Assembly: GCA_036654455.1 (NCBI GenBank)
Contig: JAVVRZ010000001.1
Location: forward strand, 193,345 to 257,344
Origin: Clostridia bacterium
GTDB taxonomy: Bacteria > Bacillota > Clostridia > Christensenellales > CAG-314
Length of the DNA stretch: 64,000 nt
Reading direction: 5' to 3'
The notes below the pieces were generated by a model, which worked only from the letters and a program-made list of their open reading frames with translations, was not told the origin of the DNA and made no database searches. Numbering within the stretch: the stretch's first letter is position 1; each line of letters starts with the position of its first letter. The position numbers and the translations under genes are program-made. This document shows positions 47,840-55,230 of this stretch, piece by piece.

Positions 47840-47868
47840 ATTATAACATAGCTTGTTACTTTTAGCAA
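47840..47868 (-). promoter_or_regulatory. sigma-A promoter of rpsB-tsf
   Basis: Minus strand: TTGCTA (47868-47863), 17-nt spacer, TATAAT (47845-47840) preceded by TATGt. It predicts a leader of about 109 nt. Confidence 0.55.
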
Positions 47869-47954
47869 TTATTTTTGAACTCATTTTAGGCGTTATTAGT
47901 AAGAATAACTTGTAAATATAAGTAAAATGATTGATGTTAATGTAAAATTACTTA

Positions 47955-48004
47955 ACAAAAGCGATATACAAATTATAACCTACTTATGTTTGCATATCGC
48001 TTGT
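47955..48004 (-). terminator. long hairpin terminator after the DUF1292 gene
   Basis: Minus strand: ACAAGCGAUAUGCAAA / UUUGUAUAUCGCUU stem (one G-U pair) with a 16-nt loop, followed by UUGUUAAGUAAUUUU. Confidence 0.5.
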
Positions 48005-48045
48005 TATTAGATAAATTAAATTGATAACTTAATAGTTAAGAAATA

Positions 48046-48480
48046 TTATTTCTTATTGCAATCGCACTTTTCGGCTGAGTGTTTGTGTTCGTCACAACCG
48101 CAATCGCACTCGTCGTCACAATCGCATTCGTCGTCGCAATCGCATTCGTCGCCACAACCGCAACCACAACCACATTCTTCGCCTTCAAATTCCTCAGCCA
48201 TCTTGTCATATAGTTCAAACAAAGTGTCTTGTAACGCTTCGTCTTCTACCGGTAAGAGGTTGAATATCTCTGGGTCATTCTCGTCTTCGCTTATTTCAAA
48301 TACAATAACGCAATCGTCGTCAAGATCGTCGGTTTCTTCCATTGGTTGTAAGAAAGCGTAGCTCTTACCTTCGTGCTCGATTGTAGCGGAGTGATAACAC
48401 TCTAATTCCTTGCCGTCCTCGTCTGTTAGAGTTATAACTCTGTCTTCGTCAACTGGTATTTGCTCGGTCTTATCCTTCAT
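48046..48480 (-). CDS. DUF1292 (YrzB-like) protein with a Cys/Asp/Glu-rich C-terminal tail
   Basis: 144 aa. The N-terminal ~100 aa fit the DUF1292 pattern (ITLTDEDGKE...YAFLQP...VIVFEI). It lies downstream of ruvX as in Bacillus yrrK-yrzB. The C-terminal 43 aa, EECGCGCGCGDECDCDDECDCDDECDCGCDEHKHSAEKCDCNKK, contain 13 Cys. Confidence 0.7.
   Translation of the reverse strand: MKDKTEQIPVDEDRVITLTDEDGKELECYHSATIEHEGKSYAFLQPMEETDDLDDDCVIVFEISEDENDPEIFNLLPVEDEALQDTLFELYDKMAEEFEGEECGCGCGCGDECDCDDECDCDDECDCGCDEHKHSAEKCDCNKK
48101..48172 (-). repeat. in-frame 18-nt tandem repeat (about 4 units) encoding the Cys-rich tail
   Basis: Plus-strand units: caatcgcactcgtcgtca / caatcgcattcgtcgtcg / caatcgcattcgtcgcca / caaccgcaaccacaacca. 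Confidence 0.8.
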
Positions 48481-48498
48481 TGTAGTTCCTCCAAAAAT

Positions 48499-48915
48499 TT
48501 ATTTTTTATAATAATCAAGATAACTTTGTAGTATTATGGTCGCCGCTACCTTGTCTATAACGCCTTTGCGTTTATCCCTAGATACATTACCCTCTATCAA
48601 AACACGTTCCGCCGAAACAGTGGTCAATCGTTCGTCAATAAACTTAACTTCAAGACCCGTTTTTGCGCTAAGTTGAGAGGCAAATTCCCTAGTCTTAATA
48701 GTTTGGGCATTTTCATTGCCGTTCATACTAATTGGTAACCCCGACACAATTACGGTTACGTCTTGCGCAAAACAAACAGAAGCAAAATATGCAAGGTCAC
48801 GTTCGATTGTAGTTCGTTCGTAGGTGCAAAACGGGTTTGCAATTATTTGCATTTTGTCGGAAAGCGCAACGCCTATGCGTCTGTCGCCGATATCTAAGCT
48901 CATTATTCTACTCAT
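48499..48915 (-). CDS. ruvX: Holliday junction resolvase-like nuclease RuvX/YqgF
   Basis: 138 aa with N-terminal IMSLDIGDRRIGVALSD. Confidence 0.85.
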   Translation of the reverse strand: MSRIMSLDIGDRRIGVALSDKMQIIANPFCTYERTTIERDLAYFASVCFAQDVTVIVSGLPISMNGNENAQTIKTREFASQLSAKTGLEVKFIDERLTTVSAERVLIEGNVSRDKRKGVIDKVAATIILQSYLDYYKK

Positions 48916-49009
48916 TTCTTTATATTAACATATTCGCAAAAAAATTGATAGTCTTTTATTAAAGTTATTTTAATTGAAATTACCTATGATATACTATTAC
49001 AGAAATAGT

Positions 49010-49038
49010 ATTATATATTTTGTTTAGATATGTGTAAA
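49010..49038 (-). promoter_or_regulatory. sigma-A promoter upstream of ruvX
   Basis: Minus strand: TTTACA (49038-49033), 17-nt spacer, TATAAT (49015-49010). An inverted repeat ATACTATT-N5-AATAGTAT (48991-49011) overlaps the -10 and start site. Confidence 0.45.
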
Positions 49039-49067
49039 ATAAAGAAAACAGGGTAGCTTTCGCTACC
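49035..49067 (-). terminator. rho-independent terminator after the 44-aa ORF
   Basis: Minus strand: GGUAGC-GAAA-GCUACC followed by CUGUUUUCUUUAUUUU. Confidence 0.7.
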
Positions 49068-49070
49068 TTG

Positions 49071-49205
49071 TTAGTCGTTATTCATTAGTTTGAGTAACTT
49101 TTTCTTACCAGTTACAAACATTTGCTTAACTTGCGGAATTTGCGCAAGCGCAAGACCCGCTGTTATTCCTACGGTTAGACCTATAATTAAACCTTTAATT
49201 TGCAT
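49071..49205 (-). CDS. small membrane/amphipathic protein, 44 aa (below the ORF-track cut-off)
   Basis: Manual translation: MQIKGLIIGLTVGITAGLALAQIPQVKQMFVTGKKKLLKLMNND. A strong SD AAGGGGGTG lies 6 nt before the ATG, and a dedicated terminator lies directly downstream. Confidence 0.45.
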   Translation of the reverse strand: MQIKGLIIGLTVGITAGLALAQIPQVKQMFVTGKKKLLKLMNND

Positions 49206-49324
49206 TAAATTCACCCCCTTTGCCTTAGTGTGAGTAAAAGCAATGGGTAAAATGCGTGAAATATAGATAAAATTAGTAGGTAAAATTATTAAATTTATTT
49301 TTACTCGGTTAAACTAACAATAGT

Positions 49325-49702
49325 TTATTTCGCAGTAGAGTTTTTTTCTCTATATTGAGCGATAGCCGTTTTAATAGCTTCTTCCGCAAGCACCGAGCAG
49401 TGTATTTTTTGAGGCGGAAGCCCCTCTAAATATTCGACTATTGAGGCGTTTTTAAGGTCTAAGGCTTGGTCTAAGGTCATTCCCTTTACCATCTCGGTAG
49501 CAACCGAACTGGTAGCTATTGCAGCTGTACAGCCATAAGTTTGAAATTTTGCGTCGGTAATAATGTCGTTATCGATTTTTAGAGAAATACTCATAATATC
49601 GCCACAAGTAGCGTTGCCTACTGTGCCGATAGCGTCGGCGTTATCAATTACGCCTACATTTTTAGGGTGAGCAAAGACCTCTAATACTTTATCGTTATAC
49701 AT
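49325..49702 (-). CDS. nifU: Fe-S cluster assembly scaffold, NifU N-terminal/IscU-like
   Basis: 125 aa with three conserved Cys contexts (ATCGD, YGCTAAIA, HCSVL). Confidence 0.85.
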   Translation of the reverse strand: MYNDKVLEVFAHPKNVGVIDNADAIGTVGNATCGDIMSISLKIDNDIITDAKFQTYGCTAAIATSSVATEMVKGMTLDQALDLKNASIVEYLEGLPPQKIHCSVLAEEAIKTAIAQYREKNSTAK

Positions 49703-50882
49703 TTATCTTTTCTCCTTGTGATAATTTAAATAATGGTGAAATGTTGCGTAATTTTTCTACGCTTTCGGCAAGAACTTCTACGCAGTAATCAACTTCTTGC
49801 ATTGTGTTGTGTTTGCCAAAGGAAAATCTAATCGAACCGTGAGCGTCAACAATATCTACCCCCATAGCAAGTAAAACGTGCGAAGGTAGCAAGCTTTGCG
49901 ACGAACAAGCCGAACCGCTAGAAACTGCAATTCCGGCAAAATCAAGCAATGTAAGCAAACCGTCGCCTTCAATATATCTAAAACAAAAGTTTGCATTGCT
50001 CGGTAGTCTAACGGCTGTGTTTGCTGTTCCATTAAAACGAATAAACGGAATTTTTTCTTGAACTAGGGATACAAAATAATCTCTTATACTTGCTATATAT
50101 TTAGCGTTTTCTTGTAGGGTCGAGGTCGCTATTTCAATAGCTCTACCCATTCCAACGATAGCTGGCGTATTGCTCGTGCCTCCTCTTTGCGCTCTTTCTT
50201 GTCCTCCGCCTATGATTAGTTTGTCGATAATTAAACCGTTGCGAATATAGAGAGCGCCAACACCCTTAGGTCCGTAGAATTTATGAGCCGAAATGGTAGC
50301 TAGGTCAACGCCAAGTTTGTGAACGTCAACTGGGATAGAGCCCATAGCTTGAACGCAGTCGGCGTGCATTAATATACCCTTAGAGTGAGCCAAAGCCGAA
50401 ATTTGTTCGATAGGTTGAATAGACCCAACTTCATTGTTAGCGTACATTATTGAAATTAATACGGTATCGGGACGAATTAATTTAGTAAGTTCGTCTACTT
50501 TGACAAAGCCAAATTCGTCTACGGGAGCATAACTAGCCTCAAAACCATTTTTCGCAAGCCATTCTACGCAATTTAAAATAGAATGGTGTTCGATTGTAGA
50601 TATTATTATATGTTTGCCTTTGTTTGCCCTAGCGTACATTGTTCCTTTAATAGCCCAGTTGTTAGCCTCGCTACCCGAACCGGTAAAATACACTTCGTTG
50701 GGCATTGCGTTAATTGCTTTCGCTACGCTTAATCTTGCTTTGTCGATTGCAATAGAACAAACTTTACCAAAAGAATGTAGGCTGTCGGCGTTGCCGAAAT
50801 TATCGCAAAAATATGGTTTCATAGCCTCGAAAACTTGGCTATCTAATTGTGTTGTTGCCGAATTATCAAAATAAACTTTCAT
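49695..50882 (-). CDS. nifS: cysteine desulfurase NifS/IscS type
   Basis: 395 aa with the PLP-Lys motif SAHKFYGPKG and the active-site loop SSGSACSS. Confidence 0.9.
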   Translation of the reverse strand: MKVYFDNSATTQLDSQVFEAMKPYFCDNFGNADSLHSFGKVCSIAIDKARLSVAKAINAMPNEVYFTGSGSEANNWAIKGTMYARANKGKHIIISTIEHHSILNCVEWLAKNGFEASYAPVDEFGFVKVDELTKLIRPDTVLISIMYANNEVGSIQPIEQISALAHSKGILMHADCVQAMGSIPVDVHKLGVDLATISAHKFYGPKGVGALYIRNGLIIDKLIIGGGQERAQRGGTSNTPAIVGMGRAIEIATSTLQENAKYIASIRDYFVSLVQEKIPFIRFNGTANTAVRLPSNANFCFRYIEGDGLLTLLDFAGIAVSSGSACSSQSLLPSHVLLAMGVDIVDAHGSIRFSFGKHNTMQEVDYCVEVLAESVEKLRNISPLFKLSQGEKINV

Positions 50883-51283
50883 TTATCTTCCTCCAAAAGT
50901 TGTAAAAGCGAAATATTATCTAAAAATGCGTTAATATGCGAATAAAGTTTGTTAAATAGCTTAAAGGGAATACAGTCGTGTTTGCCGTTACATTTGCCTT
51001 CGATACAATCAACTATAAGTAAGTTATCTTCGCACGCCCTTAAAACTCTACCTACCGAAATATCTTGCGGTGGTTTAGAAAGCAGGTAACCGCCATAAGC
51101 GCCCCTAGTCGCAACAATAATACCATCTTTTTTAAGTAGAGAAAGAACTTGTTCGAGGTATTTATCCCCTACGTGAATAGTATTTGCAAGCTCGGTTGAG
51201 GTAATTAGTTTGGCTTGACTGTAATTTTGAGAAAGAATGACCGAAACATACAGTCCATAGCGAGATTTTGCCGACATTTTCAT
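50879..51283 (-). CDS. Rrf2 family transcriptional regulator (IscR/CymR-like)
   Basis: 134 aa. Rrf2 N-terminal wHTH (SAKSRYGLYV...) and three C-terminal Cys (CIEGKCNGKHDC). First gene of the nifS-nifU operon. Confidence 0.8.
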   Translation of the reverse strand: MKMSAKSRYGLYVSVILSQNYSQAKLITSTELANTIHVGDKYLEQVLSLLKKDGIIVATRGAYGGYLLSKPPQDISVGRVLRACEDNLLIVDCIEGKCNGKHDCIPFKLFNKLYSHINAFLDNISLLQLLEEDK

Positions 51284-51314
51284 AATTTTTAATTCCTACC
51301 TTTTTACTAGGAAT

Positions 51315-51343
51315 AGTATAACAATAGTGCTGACAAATGTCAA
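51315..51343 (-). promoter_or_regulatory. sigma-A promoter of the rrf2-nifS-nifU operon with operator-like inverted repeats
   Basis: Minus strand: TTGACA (51343-51338), 17-nt spacer, TATACT (51320-51315). IR TGACA-aa-TGTCA (51331-51342) overlaps the -35. IR ATTCCTA-N9-TAGGAAT (51292-51314) covers the start site to the SD. Confidence 0.55.
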
Positions 51344-51390
51344 ATAAAAATAAATAAAAAAGACAAAAATAAATAAATATTTCTGTCTTT
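51344..51390 (-). terminator. terminator after glyA
   Basis: Minus strand: AAAGACAGAAAUA / UAUUUUUGUCUUU (13 bp, one G-U pair) followed by UUUAUUUAUUUUUAUUU. Confidence 0.55.
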
Positions 51391-51428
51391 GTTTATAGGT
51401 AATTAAGATAAGTTTTCTAAGTCTATGA

Positions 51429-52682
51429 TTAGTCTAAAATATCATTTGCATAAAGCGGGTATTTTTGAGTTAGTTCAAGCACTTTTGCAAGATTTTTTTC
51501 AAGACAAGCTTCGCCGTTTGCAACTACGTCGCCGATAATATCGCCGATTAGTTTCATCTCGGGACTGCCCATACCACGTGTTGTTACGCTTGGAGTACCA
51601 ATTCTTATACCGCTTGTAATTTTTGGAGGAAGGGTATCGAAAGGTATTGCGTTAGCGTTAACCGTAATATGTATGCGGTCAAGCATAACAGTTAAGTCTT
51701 TGCCGGTAAAGCCTGTATTTGATAGGTCAATCAAAATTAAGTGATTGTCAGTACCGCCAGAAACAAGCCTAAGCCCCTTTTCTTTAAGGGTATTTGCAAG
51801 AGTTTGAGCGTTATCAAGAACTTTTTGTTGATAAATCTTAAATTCGGGTTGCAATGCTTCGGCAAAACATACTGCCTTAGCGCCTATAATGTGCATAAGA
51901 GGTCCGCCCTGCGTTCCGGGGAAAACTCCGCTATCAATTTTTTTAGCCCACTTTTCTTTGCAAAGGATAAGTCCGCCACGAGGACCTCTAAGCGTCTTAT
52001 GAGTAGTTGTTGTAACTACGTCGGCATAAGGAACGGGACTTGGGTGTAAACCTGCCGCAACTAAACCGGCAACGTGCGCCATATCTACCATAAAGATTGC
52101 GTCAACCTTGTCGGCAATTTCACGGAAACGTTTGTAATCAATAAAACGAGCGTAAGCTGACGCTCCCGCAACAATAATCTTAGGGTGACTTTCTAAGGCT
52201 ATGCGTTCTAGTTCGTCATAGTCGATTGTTTCGGTTTCTTTGGTTACTCCATAAGGCACAATGTTAAAATATTTACCCGAAATATTTACTTTGCTACCGT
52301 GTGAAAGGTGTCCGCCGTGATTGAGGTTCATTGCCATTATTGTATCGCCGGGCTTTAAAAACGCTATGTATACAGCGGTGTTTGCATTTGCTCCGCAGTG
52401 AGGTTGAACGTTTGCGTGTTCTGCTCCAAAAAGTTGTTTAGCACGGTCACGAGCGATATCTTCTACGATATCAATACATTCACAACCGCCATAATAACGA
52501 TTATTAGGGTAACCTTCGGCATATTTATTTGTAAGGTGAGAACCCATAGCGGCAAGAACGGCGGGAGAAGCAAAGTTTTCGCTTGCGATAAGTTCGATAT
52601 TCTGTCTTTGTCTAGTCAGTTCTTTAACATACGCCTCGTAAATTGCGGGGTCGTTTTGCTTTAAAATCTTTAAATCTATCAT
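51429..52682 (-). CDS. glyA: serine hydroxymethyltransferase
   Basis: 417 aa with the PLP site [14 protein letters not shown]. Confidence 0.95.
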   Translation of the reverse strand: MIDLKILKQNDPAIYEAYVKELTRQRQNIELIASENFASPAVLAAMGSHLTNKYAEGYPNNRYYGGCECIDIVEDIARDRAKQLFGAEHANVQPHCGANANTAVYIAFLKPGDTIMAMNLNHGGHLSHGSKVNISGKYFNIVPYGVTKETETIDYDELERIALESHPKIIVAGASAYARFIDYKRFREIADKVDAIFMVDMAHVAGLVAAGLHPSPVPYADVVTTTTHKTLRGPRGGLILCKEKWAKKIDSGVFPGTQGGPLMHIIGAKAVCFAEALQPEFKIYQQKVLDNAQTLANTLKEKGLRLVSGGTDNHLILIDLSNTGFTGKDLTVMLDRIHITVNANAIPFDTLPPKITSGIRIGTPSVTTRGMGSPEMKLIGDIIGDVVANGEACLEKNLAKVLELTQKYPLYANDILD

Positions 52683-52693
52683 TTTGTAAGCTC

Positions 52694-53020
52694 CTATAAA
52701 TATTGTTTAATCTTTTCGAGTATTTCAGCTTGCGGAATAGCGCCTACTATGCGGTCAACTAATTTTCCGTCTTTGTATATGCACATATTTGGAATAGCCG
52801 AAACTTCGGCTAACGTAGCAAGCTCTCGATTGTTATCAACATCGACTTTGCCTATCTTAGCCTTACCGTCAAGTAGCTTAGCTACTTCTTCAAGAATTGG
52901 CGCTACCATTCTGCAAGGACCGCACCAGGTCGCCCAGTAATCTACTAGACAAACGCCTGTGGCTATAAAATCGTCAAATGTTTGCTTATCAAGATTGGTT
53001 ATTAATTCGTTCATTGTCAT
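52694..53020 (-). CDS. trxA: thioredoxin
   Basis: 108 aa with the WCGPC active site. The start overlaps the upstream RseC-like gene. Confidence 0.9.
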   Translation of the reverse strand: MTMNELITNLDKQTFDDFIATGVCLVDYWATWCGPCRMVAPILEEVAKLLDGKAKIGKVDVDNNRELATLAEVSAIPNMCIYKDGKLVDRIVGAIPQAEILEKIKQYL

Positions 53021-53423
53021 TCTCCTCTATTTTCAACATTCTTGGTATTAATTTTAGCTTACTTGCATACCGTTTGTCAATACATCTTACAAAAATAAAC
53101 CCTATTGCCAACCCAAAAACAAAAATTAACACAAGCGCCCAGTCGGGCAAAGGAAATATGCTTGCAAGAAGCATAACTAAAAATGCAAATACAAGCGGTA
53201 TAACGTAGACAATTAGAGATGTTGCGGTCGCCGAAACACCGGTGATATCAAGTTCTACGGTTTGGTCGACAGTTGCGTTTAAGGTGTTTGGAACAGTTAA
53301 ATCTACAAATTTATCTTTTTGAGAAATGTTACACATATTGCAGTTGCCACAAGCCGAAGTACGCATAATACGCACAACGGCTAAATCTTTTTTAACGCTA
53401 ATTATTTTGCCGTGTTCAATCAT
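52989..53423 (-). CDS. RseC/MucC-family (SoxR-reducing system-like) small membrane protein
   Basis: 144 aa. N-terminal GKIISVKKDLAVVRIMRTSACGNCNMC cysteine cluster followed by two TM helices. Confidence 0.5.
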   Translation of the reverse strand: MIEHGKIISVKKDLAVVRIMRTSACGNCNMCNISQKDKFVDLTVPNTLNATVDQTVELDITGVSATATSLIVYVIPLVFAFLVMLLASIFPLPDWALVLIFVFGLAIGFIFVRCIDKRYASKLKLIPRMLKIEENDNERINNQS

Positions 53424-55210
53424 TCTTTAATCACTTCTATGCCTAGCTCGGCAAGTTGAGGTTTATCTACTACGTTTGGCGCTTGCGACATCATACAAGT
53501 TGCGGTTTGAGTCTTAGGAAAAGCTATTACCTCTCTAATATTGTCAATTTTGCCTAGCACCATAGTAAGCCTGTCAAGTCCAAAAGCCATACCTCCGTGA
53601 GGCGGAGTGCCATATTTTAAAGCGTCTACAAAATATCCAAAGCGGTTTTTTATCTGTTCTTCGGGAATACCTAAAACATTAAACATTCTCTCTTGCATTT
53701 CAGTATCGCATATTCTTATGCTACCGCCACCCATCTCGTCGCCGTTAATTACAATATCGTAAGCTTTTGCGCGCACTAAACCCGGTTTAGAGTCAAGTAA
53801 TGGTAGGTCCTCTACCATTGGACTGGTAAACGGGTGGTGACGGGCTACAAAACGACCTTCGTCCTCGCTATATTCAAGCAAAGGAAATTCGGTTATCCAA
53901 AGTAGCTTATAGTCATTTTTGTCAATTAAATTAAATTTACTTGCAAGTTCGCAACGTAAAGCCCCTAGCGCAGTTTGAGCTTTTTCGGCAACTTTGTCAC
54001 AAATTACAAAGGCGATATCACCGACGGCTAAATTAAGCTTTTGTTCAAAGTCCTTAGTAGCTTGCGGAGTTAAATTCTTAGCAAAGCTACTACGAATCGA
54101 ACCTTCTTCAACTGCAAAATATCCTAGCCCTTTAACTTTATAACCCTTTACAAACTCAGTGTAACGGTCAAGAGTCTTGCGAGAAAGCTCGGCTTGTTTG
54201 CCACGAAGAACAACCGCTCCTATATAGCCATTATCATTAATAATATCTTGATAAATTGAAAAACCACAGTTATTTAACGTAGTCGTTATATCTTTAATCT
54301 CAACGTCATAACGAAGGTCGGGCTTATCCGTGCCAAACCTAGACATAGATTCGGCATAAGTCATACGCATAAAGTGAGGCGCAAGTTTAATGTTTAAAAG
54401 TCTATCAAACCAACGAATTATTAAACCCTCAACAAGATTGATAATCGAATCGGGTTGGTCGATAAACGACATCTCCATATCGATTTGAGTAAATTCGGGT
54501 TGACGATTTGCTCGCAAGTCTTCATCTCTAAAACAACGAGCAATTTGATAATATCTGTCCATACCGCCCATCATAAGTAGTTGTTTATAAAGTTGGGGCG
54601 CTTGCGGAAGAGCGTAAAAAGAACCGTGTTTAATACGACTTGGAACAAGATAGTCCCTTGCTCCTTCGGGCGTACTCTTGCCTAAAATAGGCGTTTCTAT
54701 CTCGCAAAAACCACATTCGTCGAAATAGTTGCGGGCAATATTGCATATTTTACTGCGTAAAATTAAGTTTTGCTGTAATTTTGAACGACGCAAGTCTAAG
54801 TAGCGGTACTGTAAACGCAACATCTCGCCCGCCGTGTCGTCGCCGATTGAAAACGGTGGAGTTAAGGCGGTAGATAAAATTCTAAGTTCGGTTGCGCATA
54901 CTTCAATTTCGCCGGTTGTCATATTAGAATTAGTATTGCCCTCTTTTCTTAGGCGAACAAAACCGCAAACGGCTATTACATATTCGAGTTTGATTTCGCT
55001 AGCCTTTTGAAGCAAAGATTGGTCGCAGATATCGGTGTCAAATACTATTTGCGCAATGCCTGTAATATCCCTAAGTTGTAGAAACATTAAACTGCCTAAG
55101 TCACGCCTGCGATGTACCCAGCCCATTAAGACGACCTTTTTATCGACGTCTTTTGCCGATAACTTTCCGCACATATCTGTTCTTGTTAATCCGTTAAGAA
55201 ACTCTTGCAT
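53420..55210 (-). CDS. aspS: aspartate--tRNA ligase
   Basis: 596 aa with class II motifs (FRDEDLRANRQPEFTQIDME, GGGSIR, GLDRL). Confidence 0.95.
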   Translation of the reverse strand: MQEFLNGLTRTDMCGKLSAKDVDKKVVLMGWVHRRRDLGSLMFLQLRDITGIAQIVFDTDICDQSLLQKASEIKLEYVIAVCGFVRLRKEGNTNSNMTTGEIEVCATELRILSTALTPPFSIGDDTAGEMLRLQYRYLDLRRSKLQQNLILRSKICNIARNYFDECGFCEIETPILGKSTPEGARDYLVPSRIKHGSFYALPQAPQLYKQLLMMGGMDRYYQIARCFRDEDLRANRQPEFTQIDMEMSFIDQPDSIINLVEGLIIRWFDRLLNIKLAPHFMRMTYAESMSRFGTDKPDLRYDVEIKDITTTLNNCGFSIYQDIINDNGYIGAVVLRGKQAELSRKTLDRYTEFVKGYKVKGLGYFAVEEGSIRSSFAKNLTPQATKDFEQKLNLAVGDIAFVICDKVAEKAQTALGALRCELASKFNLIDKNDYKLLWITEFPLLEYSEDEGRFVARHHPFTSPMVEDLPLLDSKPGLVRAKAYDIVINGDEMGGGSIRICDTEMQERMFNVLGIPEEQIKNRFGYFVDALKYGTPPHGGMAFGLDRLTMVLGKIDNIREVIAFPKTQTATCMMSQAPNVVDKPQLAELGIEVIKE

Positions 55211-55230
55211 ATATGAAAATTCTCCTTGGT

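Noticed and set aside
48036-48361. ORFs 48036-48218 (minus) and 48056-48361 (plus) with repetitive VVAT/SHSS products. The possibility that the repeats are a CRISPR or other non-coding array was also considered.
   Set aside because: They are alternative-frame or antisense readings of the 18-nt repeats that encode the Cys-rich tail of the DUF1292 protein. The repeats are contiguous with no spacers and in frame with that gene.
55211-55230. Expected T-box leaders upstream of aspS, and riboswitch or T-box leaders upstream of glyA.
   Set aside because: The gaps are only 20 nt (hslU-aspS) and 11 nt (trxA-glyA). There is no room for such leaders, so these genes are co-transcribed with their upstream neighbours.
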